A stretch of DNA of 64,000 nt from Octopus sinensis (lineage: Eukaryota): assembly GCF_006345805.1 (NCBI RefSeq), contig NC_042997.1, forward strand, positions 144,832,001-144,896,000. The letters are read 5' to 3'. Position numbers and translations under genes: made by a program. Position 1 is the first letter of the stretch. Every line of letters starts with the position of its first letter. The notes below the pieces were generated by a model. It was given only the letters and a program-made list of their open reading frames with translations. It was not told the DNA's origin and searched no databases. Below, piece by piece: positions 13,786 through 27,345 of this stretch.

Positions 13786-14113
13786 ATGTATGTATGTATG
13801 TATGTATGTATGTATGTATGTATGTATGTATGTATGTATGTATGTATGTATGTACGTACGTATGTATGTATGTATGTATGTATGTATGTATGTATGTATG
13901 TATGTATGTATGTATCTATGTATGTTTGTGTGTATGTATGTATGCATGTATGTATGTATGTATGCATGTATGCATGTCTGTGTGTATGTATGTAAGTATG
14001 TGTGTATGTATGTATGTATGTTTGTGTGTATGTATGTATGTATGTATGTATGTATGTATGTATGTATGTATGTATGCATGTATGTATGTATGCATGTATG
14101 TAGGTATGTATGT
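13786..14113. repeat. (TATG)n microsatellite, about 330 bp
   Basis: Direct reading. Confidence 0.97.
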
Positions 14114-14685
14114 CTCTTCTATATTTAATCATTTCAATTCTTCCTCTGAAGAAGGAGCTGGTTTCTAGCAAAGATACAAAGCTCCATCTTTGGAACGTAA
14201 ATAATGAAAACAGTGTCACATTTTAAACCTGAAGAAAGTCTTGTATTGTTTTACTGTTCCGCTTACAGATTGTATTTGTAATGTGCGAATCAGTTGGTTG
14301 ATTTCCTTTTCTGAAAATCCAAGCTTATCCAGACTGACAGTTGGGCATTTACTTACAAAACCAAGTACACCAATTATTATTGGTATAAATGTAAATTTGT
14401 AATCCGGATATAGAAGCTGGAGGTTTCAAAGCAGTTGTCCATAGTTATCTTCTTCTTCTTTGATTTTTAAAGAGATATTCGCATCGGTAGGACAGCTGAC
14501 CCCTATGACATTACATACTTTTTCTTGTTGTCTCAAATAACTATATCAGGCATGTTATGCTTACACTTGAGAAATGCTTTGATGGGAATGTTCCACTAGT
14601 AGTCTTTGTGCTGATGTATGTATGTATGTATGTATGTATGTATGTATGTATGTATGTATGTATGTATGTATGTATGTATGTATGT

Positions 14686-14731
14686 AGCCTTGTGAGTGGA
14701 TTTGGTGGACGGAAACGTAAAGAAGCCCGTC

Positions 14732-14766
<35 letters not shown>

Positions 14767-14990
14767 AGTGTGTGTATACGTTTGTGTGTCTGTGTTTGTT
14801 CCCACCCCAACACAGCTTCACAACCGATGCTGGTGTGTTTACGTCCCCGTAACTTAGCGGTTCGGCAAAAGACACCGATAGAATAAGTACTGGGCTTCCA
14901 AAGAAAAAGTTCTGGGGGTCGATTTGCTCGACTAAAGGCGGTGCTCCAGCATGGCCACAGTCAAATGACAGAAACAAGTAGAAGAGTAAA
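14686..14990 (+). mobile_element. SINE group A, 5'-truncated, with internal (TA)n/(TG)n
   Basis: Colinear with the full copies at 27789 and 43179. Confidence 0.85.
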
Positions 14991-15286
14991 AGACTAAAAG
15001 AGAGGATATATTAGAGAATATATTGGAATAAATTAGAATTTGATTATATTTAGAATTATAGGAATTCACATGATCGGTTTCACGTTAGATTTTCGAAAGT
15101 GTATTCTGTACTGCGTTTGATTCATTCGACTAAGAATTCTTCGAGGTGGTACTCCAGCATGGCCTTAATCTAATGACTGAAACAAGAAAAAGATAAAAGA
15201 TATTCTTTTATGTTTTAAAAAGTTTTTGTTAAACTTTAATAAGTTACTTCCTTCGCAATAAAAAATGCTATCTATCTATCTATCTA

Positions 15287-18200
15287 GGATTGGAATGCTA
15301 CCTTGGACACGCATGTAGACTACGTGGGTAGAGATAGGAATAGATGGGGATGCAAATGCCTCAGAGACCTGCTCAGACGCTTTCAACTGTCTGACAGGTT
15401 CCGACTAGACCACCCGAATGCGCTAACGTGGACATGGAGCAACCGCATCGGGTCGTCGAGATCGTATCTAGATAGGATACTGTGTAGGACAGTAGATAGA
15501 GATAGCATAGGATGTCCACAATTCCACACAGTCAGCACACGATCACAAACTTGTGACATGTACGCTAGACTTAGGTAAGACACTTAGGCAGGGTCCCGGA
15601 TACTGGAAACTAAACGCGTCTTTCCCATCGAGACAGGTTTTCAGAGACCGGATTAGCACACTAGTAAAGAGGGCTTTGACGGGAGCCATCATCAACAACA
15701 AATGGTGGTTTGCCCTCAAGAGAGCAGTTAAAGCAGAAGCGATTAGGTACAGCAAAGCACTAGCCATAGATAGAAATAGAGTAGAGGGTGAGCTAGTTAA
15801 GAAGCTAGAAGAGGCAATTAGAAGCGGCATCGCATCCGACGTTTTGGCGGCGAGGTTGGCCCTCGACCAACACTTCAACGCCAAACACGAAGGATGTGCT
15901 GTCAGAGCTAGGATGCGTGCTCTAAGGAACGAAGGTGTTGGAGCCGCGAGAGAGGCCCGGGTGGCAGAGGGGCAACAAGGCAACAAAGCCACCATTCGGT
16001 CCCTGGTAGATGAACAGGGGCGCGAATTGCTCGAGCCAAGTAAAATGTGTGAGGCCTTTCAGCAGCATTTTGCCCGACTGTTCGGAACGAGTGGAGGGCA
16101 AGAACGTAGGGTGGACTTCAGTGCCTACCTACATAGCCTACCACGACTCTCGACAAGAAATGCAGGGTGCTGCGAAGGTGCCATCACGGCGGCGGAAGTG
16201 CAGGAAGCGATGGCAGAATGCTCGAGGGACAAATCACCGGGTTTGGATGGTCTACCCTACGAGCTTTACAATTGTATGCCAGACTTGTTTGGAGATCTCT
16301 TGGCGGCGGTGTACTGCAACTGGCAGCAAAACGGGAGCATTCCTGGTTTTGTGAGCCGAGGAGCCGTAACACTGCTGAAGAAAGATCTAAACAAGGGAAA
16401 TGTAATAGATAACTTTAGGCCCATCACTCTGCTTAATGCAGACTTGAAAATTTTGGCCAAGGTGCTAGCCAAGAGGTTGGCGCTTGTCATCGAGAAACTG
16501 GTCGACAAGGCGCAAACGTATGCCGTGCCAGGCCGGACCATCCATGACAACCTCCATCTGATGCGCTACAGCATAGACAGGGTAGTTAACGAACATGGCA
16601 TGGGTGGGGCCCTGATCAACTTGGATCAATCGAAAGCCTTTGATAGGGTAGACCATCGATACTTGGAGGCAGTCCTGAGAGCGGCTGGGTTCGGTCCCGT
16701 CTTCCGCGGCTGGATAGCTGCCTTGTACAGAGGCATCCGTTCGGTAATTCGCGTAAATGGACATCTATCGAGACCTTTCGACATTGCACGTTCGGTCCGT
16801 CAGGGATGCCCCCTCTCGGCGCTTCTATACGTATTGACTCTTGAGCCACTACTGCGGAAGCTGGCGACTCTAAGGGGCATCCCGCGAGAATTGGGATGCG
16901 GGACGAGCGTGTCTGCATACGCGGACGACGTCACCGTCATAGTGTCTAGACACGAGCACATCGAGCTGGTCGGCGAGACACTGAAAAACTACGAAGCGGT
17001 GACAGGAGCGAAAATCAACCCGGAAAAGTCAGTGGGCTTGCGACTAGGCACCTAGAGAAGCAAGCCCATGCCGTCCACCAGCGCCTCCGTCGTGGGACGC
17101 TGGACCGACGGCCCGGTTGAGTTGCTCGGGGTCTGGTTTGGTCCGGACCTCCAAGTGGAGAAGAACTGGAACGAGATAACGAGTAGGGTGGTCACTCTCG
17201 CCCGGCAATGGGCCGAGAGGAAACTGTCCCTAAAAGGTCGAGCGGAGGTGGCGAACACGTACATCGCGTCCGTCATCTACTACCGCCTGACCGTCGTACC
17301 TTGTCCCGACCCTACCATCACCAAACTACAACGCATTCTCTTTCGCTTCTTGTGGAAAGGATGCGTCCCGATGGTCAGGCGATCCATTTGCTGTCAACAA
17401 CCGTAAAAGGACGGCTGGGCATGCCGTGGTTGATGATGCGCAGATACGCGCTGAGACTGCGACATTTCTGGCTCTATGTAGACGACGGTGAACAGGTGTG
17501 GTCGCCGTTTGTGAGGCACGCTTTCCCGCAGCTCGTCTCCATGACCGAACTGCAGTCGTGGATCAAAAAGAGGCCGAGGAAGGGCGAATGGCACCGCGAG
17601 TGTCGCGTTGCTCTCAAGCAACTCTGCCGTCCTGGGTCGACCTTAAGTGACTTCAACACAACAAAGCATTCTATAGGGGTTTAGTGGAGGGGAGGTACGA
17701 CGACGAGCTCGGGGCGAACCTGGACGTCGACGAGGAGTACCTGACCCGCCTGTTCAGGACGACTTTCGGGCCAGGGCCCATGGACAACTTCCAGAGATCC
17801 CTGGCCTGGCAGTGCTACCGAGAAGCGCTACCCGTTCGGGATAGCTCTACAGACACGGCTCGAGAAACACGGGGCCGACCTGCCCGAGATGCGGTCAGAG
17901 CGACGAAACCGTTCTGCACGCACTCGTTCAGTGTCCAACAATTTCCGATGTGGGCTTATGTCGAACAACTGCTGTCACGTGTGGGACGAGTCGGTTTATC
18001 AGCTGAGTCTATCGTCAATATTGTCACGCCTCTTTCCTTCAAACGGGAAGGAAGAGCTATTTTCATCATCCTTGTGGCTATGGCGAAAGAATGTATCTGG
18101 TGGACGCGTCTGAAAGGATTGGAGACAAACACTTTCCTCTCTGGTCAATCTCTCATCAACTTCTTCAAGTACCATGAAAAGGAAAGTGAGAGTAGAGAGG

Positions 18201-18294
18201 CAAGTTTTGTCTAGCGAATGTTTTAAAAAAAGATGGGTGAATGTAGCAAGAATGGCACGTATGAATGACGAAGCCACCTTGAGCATAATCCTAT
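15287..18294 (+). pseudogene. Disrupted ORF2 (APE endonuclease + reverse transcriptase) of the Tx1-like LINE
   Basis: A 500-aa open segment at 15553-17055 contains YADD; there is a frameshift near 15540, TAG at a Trp position (17053-17055), and further breaks downstream. Confidence 0.9.
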
Positions 18295-18673
18295 GAACCC
18301 AGAAATTGAAAACATAGATTTGCTTATTTGCAAAAAAAAAAAAAAAAAAAAAAAAAAAGAAATAAAATGTGACTTCATTGACCGAGGTTACCGTGGTCTT
18401 TTCCGTAGTCTTTTCTTTCCACGGGTAAACCTCACCTGTCCACCCCTTTACACTTCATATTGACATTTCTGTGATAACGATCCCTATTGATCAATTTTTT
18501 TTTCCTCTCCCCGCTTTTTTTAACCCCCCCTTTTTTGTCCTCTTTCTCTCCTTTTACGATCCCTTTTGATCGAAACTCCCCCCCTTTCCTTTTTTTTTTA
18601 AACCTTCAAAAGAAAAGCTCTACCTTGTAATTTGTTCTATCTGTGTGCAGCCCTGTGTGGCTAATAAAGAAAC
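15287..18673 (+). mobile_element. Young 5'-truncated L1/Tx1-like LINE flanked by (TATC)n
   Basis: APE C-terminus (DWNATLD, SRSYLDRI), RT (SPGLDG, FRPITLL, QGCPLS, YADD) and downstream domains. The 3' UTR ends in AATAAAGAAAC. (TATC)n lies at both junctions (15268-15286 and 18674 onward). Confidence 0.93.
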
Positions 18674-18704
18674 ATATCTATCTATCTATCTATCTATCTA
18701 TCTG

Positions 18705-18773
<69 letters not shown>

Positions 18774-18842
18774 CTATCTCTATATATCTATCTATCTATC
18801 TATCTACTATCTATCTATCCATCCACATCCATCCATCCATCC

Positions 18843-18902
<60 letters not shown>

Positions 18903-18918
18903 GTCTATCCATCCATCC

Positions 18919-18950
<32 letters not shown>

Positions 18951-19036
18951 CCTCTATCCCCCTCTCTCTCTCTACATATATATATGTAATTATGCATTTC
19001 TTTGTATATGTATGTATCCATCTGTCTGTCTATCTG

Positions 19037-19107
<71 letters not shown>

Positions 19108-19125
19108 ATCTATCGATCGATCTAC
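18674..19125. repeat. Compound (TATC)n/(CATC)n tract at the LINE 3' end
   Basis: Direct reading. Confidence 0.95.
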
Positions 19126-19501
19126 CTATCGCCGTTTTTACTTCGATCTCTCATCCTACTAACGTCTTGATGCAAGGTCGATTGTATGTTCCTCTGAATA
19201 GAATGGGGACTCATCAGTTATACAGATGTTTTGCTGATTAAAGTCAGTTTACTTTACCAAGAAAATCTCATTGGCCTCCATCCTAATTACGTAAATATTA
19301 AATTCACAGAAATAAAAACAGTTAAAAACTATATATTTTGACCTATGAAATGTTTCTGGTATTTCAATAATATTGGCTTTATTTTTTTTTTTTTTACTTA
19401 TTTGTAGAAATATATTCTTATATCTCAATTAAAGTATCACTTATTATAGACATAAAACAACGGGTCATGCACTAGTTTTAATAAAAGATAACATGAAACT
19501 A

Positions 19502-19574
19502 GTCGAAATAGCTCTGTTGAGAGAGCGTTAGATTGAAAATCTAAAGGCATCAGGTTCAATCCCGGGTTTCAATA
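19502..19574 (+). pseudogene. tRNA-Phe(GAA): Degenerate tRNA-Phe(GAA) gene or pseudogene
   Basis: 73 nt GTCGAAATAGCTCTGTTGAGAGAGCGTTAGATTGAAAATCTAAAGGCATCAGGTTCAATCCCGGGTTTCAATA aligns without gaps to the canonical metazoan tRNA-Phe as recalled (13 differences counted). Anticodon GAA is at 19535-19537; the acceptor stem is damaged. Confidence 0.85.
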
Positions 19575-20044
19575 TACGTAGTCTGCATTCACATTGCCCT
19601 TCCGAAATAATCGAATCCAGAATAAGAGAAACCGTAAACTAACGTTGAAAATCATGGTAATTATATTTTCTCTCCAGATAATTATGCTGTTTTATTTGGG
19701 GAGAAGAAAACATGATTAGCAAAGGCAAACAGTAGTAAAATGAAGAGAAAAAACTTTAGCTCATTCACAAAATTATTTTTTGTCGGTTAGAAGAAAGTAT
19801 AGTAAAACAAAACATACATGAATTGTAAAAGAAAGCGGCCAATGAAATCTGAACTAAATTGAAAGTATCAAAAGAAAATAATTAGGATAGCTTTAAGTAC
19901 TTTGAGTTGAGAGATAGATTTTAAATGTTGAAACATGAGAAAAAAATATAAATACACATGGGAAATACATATCAAAGGAAACCAGCCGCAGTTAGTGAGT
20001 TTCTGGAATCTGTATTTCATAATTATTTGAATATAAACAAGGCC

Positions 20045-20455
20045 TGTGATAATAAGTTCAAATTCTGGCTCAGGGACAGCAGTTTTTGAGGGGAGGGGTA
20101 AGTAGATTTCTTCGACCCCAATACGTAACTGGTACTTATTTCATCGATCCGGAAAGGATGAAAAGCAAAGTTGAGCTCGGCGGAATTTGAACTCAGAACG
20201 TAGGGGCAGACGAAATACCTATTTCTTTATTACCCACAAGGGGCTAAGCATAGAGGGGACAAACAAGGACAGACATAGGTATTAAGTCGATTACATCGAA
20301 TCCAGTGCGTAACTGGTACTTAATTTATCGACCCCGAAAGGATGAAAAGCAAAGTTGAGCTCGGCGGAATTTGAACTCAGAATGTATAGACGAACGAACG
20401 AAATGTTGCAAAGCATTTTGTTCGGCGTGCTAATGATTCTGCCAGCTCACACCCT
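20045..20455 (-). mobile_element. SINE group C with two tandem internal modules
   Basis: Two copies of ..cggcggaatttgaactcagaa.. about 185 bp apart; head at about 20455. Confidence 0.85.
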
Positions 20456-20822
20456 TCCAGATCTGTGATAATGGTTTCATATTTTGGCTTAAGGCCAGCA
20501 ATTTTAGGAGAAAAATTTTTAGCAGTGTTTAGTAACGAGGAGTGAAGCATGGTTTAACCATCACTCTAACGCTGATACATGGTCATTTCAATCTTCTAGA
20601 AACAGCAGCCAAACCTCACTCGAATGGCACCTTAATGCCTTGAAAAAAAAAGAGGGACATATAAAATAAATGGAGTCATAATGTTCCTAAGAAAGACTGA
20701 ATAGCCTGAAATGGAATGTCTTGGAGATTGGTAAACTCGATAAGATTGCGCTGGAGTTAAGCAACAACCACCACCAACGACGACGCCACCACCATCACAG
20801 CAACTACTATCACTATTACTAT

Positions 20823-20858
<36 letters not shown>

Positions 20859-21127
20859 AACTACTACTGCTGCTGCTGCTGCTGCTACTACTACTACTAC
20901 TACTGTATATATACATTTACATGCAGATATATATGTATATATATATATATATATAATTAATAATATCAGGGTAAGAAAACATTTTAGAAATGTTTTACTG
21001 CCAGTGGCCTAGCGTGTAGAAAGATTAGACAATAGACTATATATTATTCATATAAATACAGTGATGGAACCTCTTATGTGTTTAAATGTACACTATATTT
21101 ATGAGTATATATATAATATATATATAT

Positions 21128-21175
<48 letters not shown>

Positions 21176-21498
21176 ATATATGTGTGTGTGTAATATATTT
21201 ATATTTGCAGACATATATTTATAGTCTGAATGATTGTCTGTCTATCTCACTCTCTTTCTCTCTCTCTCCCTTACTCACTCACTGTCCCCCCTCTCTCTCT
21301 CTTTCTGTATATATGTGTGTGCACGCGCGTGAGTGTGTGTATGTATGCATAGGTATGGATCAGAATTAGTCGTCGACAAAAATATGGTTCAAATTGTTCG
21401 AAAGCATATTAGGTCCGAAAGAAAAACTGATCGAAAACAAATTGATCGAGGAAAAGATGGAATATTCTTGGTAATTTTTATGTTTTTCAAAGAAATTT

Positions 21499-21602
<104 letters not shown>

Positions 21603-21785
21603 TGTGGGTGTCATCGTTTACTAATCTTCGATTCAGCTGTCATAACAGACTCAATGTTTTTATGGTGTCAAAATAGGATAGTGTTCAAAGTAAACAAGAA
21701 ATGCGTGCAAATATACTTCAAATCAGCAAATTTACACACACACAACACATACAAACACACATATATGATTCTGATATATATCGTG

Positions 21786-21845
<60 letters not shown>

Positions 21846-21940
21846 TATATATTATATATATATATACATATATATATATTGCATGTACCACGTCCTCGCG
21901 TTGTTGATTTTTCCATGTCCTTTTTTCTCCGTTTTTTATT

Positions 21941-22011
<71 letters not shown>

Positions 22012-22041
22012 AGTATGTATGTATGTATATATATATATATT

Positions 22042-22200
22042 GGGTAGGTGCATAATTGTTGCGGCTTTTTTCAACAAATTTTATTCAACAAAAACAATAA
22101 CAATATTTAACAAAACCATCTTTAAATGACGGACTGACCGTCTGCCAAGCAAATGGGAAGCAGTAATTGAAGTAGATGGTGAATATGCTCAGGAATAAGG
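22042..22200 (+). mobile_element. Mariner-derived fragment
   Basis: TIR-like TTGGGTAGGTGCATAATTGTTGCG after TA; the transposase C-terminus RLPSKWEAVIEVDGEYAQE* lies at about 22140-22198. Confidence 0.6.
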
Positions 22201-22279
22201 ATCTGTCCGACCTCGGAAACCACTCTCCAATTTAAATAACGTCGCTTCTGTTTATTGAAGAAGCTAATGTTTAAACCAG

Positions 22280-22615
22280 TTATTCTTAACAAGAGCCCAT
22301 ATGGCTCCTGTGGGTTCATATAAGATTGTGGGAGGGGGGGGGCTCACAACAAAATAGTAAATTGGGGATCTGCAATAGTAATTTAAGCGCTCCTGAGAAA
22401 ATTTTACTTTAGATTTATGTATTGGTTTGTATTGCAAGAAACTGTTAGGTTTCTTTAACCTTTTTACAAAATTCAATCAACACAAATTAATGTGTGAAAA
22501 GCAAAATAGGAATTTTAAAAGAAGTTTCTATAAAGCTAGATTTTAAGCATTGAATGGCTATGGGGGTCCACCAGAATAAAATAGTAATCAAAGGGGTCCA
22601 TAGGTCAAAAAAAAA
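22280..22615 (-). mobile_element. Internal part of the hAT-like MITE family seen at 34441-35252
   Basis: The reverse complement shares blocks such as ttttattctggtggaccccca and ttttttgacctatggacccc. Confidence 0.55.
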
Positions 22616-22621
22616 ATAATA

Positions 22622-22850
22622 GAGGCGCGTGGCTTCATGGTTGGAGTGTTGGACTCATGATCGTAAGATTGTGGTTTCGATTCATGGACCGGGCGACACG
22701 TTGCGTTTTTGAGCAAAACACATCATTTCACGTTGTTCCAGTCCACTCAGCGGGCAAAAATGAGTAATCTTGCGTCCAGGTGGGGGAATATGTACGCTTT
22801 GGAAACTGGCCCTTATGAGTCGGCATGAGTCGCGATGGAGACTTTACTAA
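22622..22850 (+). mobile_element. SINE group B (tRNA-derived head)
   Basis: Head GAGGCGCGTGGCTT..GGTT, with a body matching 37680-37822 in reverse complement. Confidence 0.8.
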
Positions 22851-23429
22851 CTTTAACTTTATTTATAGATGAAAAAATTATTGATAACCCCTGGTCTAAA
22901 CGATAGCTAGATTTTTTTTTTGTAGCTGAAAGTGTCAATATGAAATTGTGCAACAATGTAGCAGATTACCAATAAGTCAGAAATCGACATGTGATGACCT
23001 GAAATCGTGTTGAGTAAATTTTTTTTTTTTAGTTCAGAAAGTCTGTTTGATTGGTTAAAAATATCCATGCGGCGTGGAAAACCGGTCTGGCCGTGGGAAG
23101 TGGAGTACTGGTTATGCAAACGATGAAAGTATGTGAAAATGATATTCGCAGGAATTACATATTCCTGTACAAGTATCGCTGGTAAACACGATCAAATAAA
23201 TGACAAGAGTCATTAAATGTGGAGAATTAATATTTATTGTATAAACTGCGTTACAAACTACAGCATGCTTTGATTTTACGAGTTTGTCAAATTACGTTTT
23301 GTTTGAGAATATTAGAACAAAGCATTGTCGTTTGCAACGAAATTATATGTATATACATACATATATATATATATAATATATATATATTATATATATATAT
23401 AATATATATATATATATGTATATATATGT

Positions 23430-23535
23430 ATATATACACAATCAATCCAAACATGAACAAGCAAGAAAAAACAACAACGCGAGGACGTGGAATAAATAGT
23501 GTTATTGGACCCTCAGGAAAAGAAAGAAAAGAAAG
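23430..23535 (-). mobile_element. 3' fragment of the short HHR-bearing PLE-like family (see 50400 and 55655)
   Basis: Shares caacaacgcgaggacgtgga..tattggac..caggaaagaa with 55685-55745; truncated before the HHR. Confidence 0.7.
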
Positions 23536-23554
23536 AGGATTTATATATATATAT

Positions 23555-23612
<58 letters not shown>

Positions 23613-24369
23613 GATAGATAGATGCATATATACATTTATATACATACATATATATGTATGTATATATATATATTGAGAGAGAGGGGGGAGAGGGGAAGGG
23701 AGAGGGGAAGGGTGAGAGATACATATATACACACACTCACACACACACACACACACACATATGCGTATACATATATGCATATGTAGATAATATAGGTATA
23801 TAAATATGTAAACTTGCGTAGTAAGCGTACAAGCATGTAGAATTTACCTACATTTCTGAGGATTGTAAAAAAATGAAGTGTCCATCGATTTTCAACCCTT
23901 ATTAAAGTCTCATTAGGGATGTCTACATCACTTGACCAATTCCAGTGAACCAAGTAGCTAATTCCTGTTTACATACACAAGTCTAATAGCTTCAGAGATA
24001 TGGAGCTATGAATTTGCATACTATAACACATTATAATATGCAAATTAGTAGTAGTCTAACTGATTCCTAACCACCATCACCCCACACACACATGCAGGTT
24101 TGATGGATGAATGCTATGTACAAAACTTCCAGCCCACAAGTCACTTTGTAACTGTCTGCCAATTAAAAATAATCTTTTTCACTCTCCACCTCTCTTATAC
24201 CTGTGTGTGCGTATGTGTTTGTGCATGTTTGTGCGCTTGTGCATTTGTGTGTGTGTGTGCTCCTGTGTGTTTGTGCATGTGCGTGTGTGTGTATGTACGT
24301 GTAGTCATCTAATCATACTCACACACATACGCACACAAATTTACATGAATGAAAGAGATCCAACCCTGG

Positions 24370-26010
24370 AAACAGATGTATAACGACACAAAATAAGAAG
24401 TCACTATATCATGTCTAGCTCCTTGTAGGAGTATGCTTGTCTCCACATATCGTTCACTTATAAACATCACCTTAGTTTTCGTCGTAAGTCTAAAATCAGT
24501 GCAAGCACTAGAAAAGTTTTGCAATGGATTCCTCCGAGGTGTCACGTGGTCACAATCCTCTGAATATAGCAAATCACGAAGATGAATTATAAAGATCTTT
24601 GTTTTAGATTTGAAGCAATTAAAATTGAATAGTTTACCTGTTGTACAATAACGGACAAAGACACCTATTTGACAGACCTAAAACTCATGGACAATTTCTA
24701 CAGCAAGGTATACAAAAAATAAAGTCAGTGCAGGATGGTATTAATGTCCACAACAATCGATCTTGATTGAACACTAAAATTGATGTAGGCCTTCATACCA
24801 GTGTGCAATTAGACAAACATATCAATCAGCTTAAGCGGATACTACAACTTTTCGAGAATATTCCACATTGCAATTTTATTCACCGTATCAAAAGCGTTCG
24901 TTTGGTTTACAAAAACTTGATGAAGTGGGAGATATTTCTTTATTTACTTTTCCTGTATCTGTGTGACACTGTTTGCTGTACCTCTACAAAATCTAACTTA
25001 ATATTAAGGCTCTGGAACATCGATGGGACATATGTTTGTCTGAAACAATTCAACGAAAATCTGGTGAATATTCTACCAACAGTTACAAGTGAAGAATACT
25101 ACGAAAGTTACGGCAGTTTAATTCCTTTGTAAAGTGAAATCAATATTGCATGTATTGATCCCTGTGGAGCTGGTGAACCAATACATATATTGGCAATCAA
25201 TGTTATTAGTCACGAATTCAGTCATTCTACAAACATCAGGCTTAATAATCTCAGACAGAATTCTTGGGGCTATTTTCCGGAATTGATCAGTTTAACGGCA
25301 ATTTGGATTACCTCTTTTTTTCTTTAGGAATATCTATTTCCTCAATAGCATAGTACCGAAGAATTCTTTTGTAACATTTTCATTCATTATGGTTGGATGA
25401 AAGGCCATTGGGAAAGACTCTGTCAATCAATTCAAAATACCCTCGAATTCATTGATCAAAGTCGACCCGTCTTTAGATCAGAGAGGAGCAATAGATGAAG
25501 GACGAACAACAAATAGCTGTTTTAACAAACCACGTGGTTTGGGGATCCATTTTTATCAAAGCCAATTAGATATCTGGGTATACACTTGAACACTTTCTTC
25601 ACGGTCCTGAATTCTATCTCTTGTAATTCTTTCTCCTGAATTCTATCTCTTGTAATTCTTTCTCCTGAATTCTATCTCTTTAATTCGACAATCACTATGA
25701 TGTTCCAGCGAGTTTTCTGATGCTGTTTCAAATGCGTTATAATTAATCAATTTTTAGTGAAATTTATGCTTGGTATGTGGGAGCTTAGATATTTCTGCAT
25801 CATTTTTATCAAACCAATTCTGGTGATTATATGTCTTAAAGCCTAGAATACAAACAGAAATGGTATAAACATTTTGTTTGATTATTCTTGAACCATCAAA
25901 AAGTTAATTAGCAAGAGCTTCACAAAGGATTGCCGAAATAAAGGGATTATGGAGTTTGATAGCATTCAACTGCTTTGTATTATATAATCTAAACTTATTT
26001 CTTACAACCA
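24370..26010 (-). mobile_element. Degraded RTE-like LINE ORF fragment
   Basis: Minus-strand pieces: HQNWFDKNDAEISKL, SSIAPL*SKDGSTLI, GRIFTRFSLN, QVFVNQTNAFDTVNKIAMWNILEKL, LYSEDC (decayed YADDC) and FSSACTDFRLT..KTKVMF. Confidence 0.82.
25605..25680. repeat. 29-bp tandem repeat, 2.6 copies, inside the RTE relic
   Basis: Unit TCCTGAATTCTATCTCTTGTAATTCTTTC starts at 25605, 25634 and 25663 (partial). Confidence 0.95.
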
Positions 26011-26041
26011 AACTATATATATACACACACACGCATATGAA

Positions 26042-26404
26042 GGCGGCGAGCTGGCAGAAACGTTAGCATGCCGGGCGAAATGCTCAGCGGTATTTCGTTC
26101 TGAGTTCAAATTTTGCCGAGGTCGATTTTGCCTTTCATCCTTTCGGAGGTCGATAAATTAAGTACCAGTTACGCACTGGGGTCGATTAATCGACTTAATC
26201 CGTTTGTCTGTCCTTGTTTGTCCTCTCTGTGTTTAGCCCCTTGTGGGTAGTAAAGAAATAGGTATTTCGTCTGTCTTCATGTTCTGAGTCCAAGTTCTGC
26301 CGAGGTCGATAGATTAAGTACCAGTTACGTACTGGGGTCGATCTAATCGACTAGAACCCTTCCCGAAAATTTCGGGCTTTGTGCCTAGAGTAGAAAAGAA
26401 TATC
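26042..26404 (+). mobile_element. SINE group C, head to tail
   Basis: Head GGCGGCGAGCTGGCAGAAACGTTAGC, B-box-like GAGTTCAAATT, partly duplicated module, and tail gtgcctagagtagaaaagaatat. Confidence 0.85.
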
Positions 26405-26608
26405 ACTGAAAGCCATCGGTTGCTTCCGAGACTGCATCAGGATAGTCAATGAGTCTGAGGACAGTTTTACTGAGAACCTTTCTTTCTTTCTTTCCTTCTT
26501 TTTCTTTCTTTCCTTCTTTTTCTTTCTTTCCTTCTTTTTCTTCTTTCCTTCTTTCTCTCTTTCCTTCTTTTTCTTTCTTTCCTTCTTTTTCTTTCTTTCC
26601 TTCTTTTC

Positions 26609-26659
<51 letters not shown>

Positions 26660-26754
26660 TACCGTAAGATAAGTAGATAAAACATTTTTCTAAAAACGTT
26701 TTTTTTTCCTTGTTAATGTCAATCACCTAGCACATTCTATATACGAATATATAC

Positions 26755-27230
26755 GTTTGTGTGTGTGTGTGTGTGTGTGTGTTCTGTGTGTGTTTGCGTC
26801 CGTGTTTGTGTGCGTGTGTTTGTGTGCGTGTGATTGTGTTTGTGTGTGTGTATGTGTGTATTTATGTGCGTGTGTTTGTGTGCGTGTTTGTATATGTTTG
26901 TGTGTGTATGCGTGTGTTGCGTGTGTTTGTGTGTTTGTGTGTGTGTGTGTTTGTATGTGTTTGTGTGTGTTTGTGTGCGTATTTGTGGGTGTTTGTGTGT
27001 GTATGTGTGTGTTTCTGCGTGTGTTTGTACGTGTTTGTGTGCGTATTTGTGTGTGTTTGTGTGTGTATGTGTGTGTTTCTGTGTGTGTTTGCATGTGTTT
27101 CTGTGCGTATTTGTTGTATGTGTGTGTTTGCGTGTGTGTTTGTGTGTGTTTGTGTGTGTTTTTGTGTGTATGTGTGTGTTTGCGTGTGTGTTTGTGTGTG
27201 TGTGTGTTTGTGTGTGTGTTTGTATGTGTT

Positions 27231-27263
<33 letters not shown>

Positions 27264-27345
27264 TTGCGTGTGTGTTTGTGTGTGTTTGTGTGTGTTTTTG
27301 TGTGTATGTGTGTGTTTGAGTGTGTGTTTGTGTGTGTTTGTATAT
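26755..27345. repeat. Degenerate (GT)n/(GTTTGT) tract, about 590 bp
   Basis: Direct reading. Confidence 0.95.

Noticed and set aside
14146-14185. CTGAAGA A GGAGCT..AGCTCC as a hammerhead
   Set aside because: No GAAA box follows, and the same hairpin occurs at 13563-13609 as part of an ordinary repeat.
23030-23130. Candidate exon after T11-AG (SESLFDWLKISMRRGKPVWPWE)
   Set aside because: Short, no clear donor, no known homolog; cannot be supported without RNA data.
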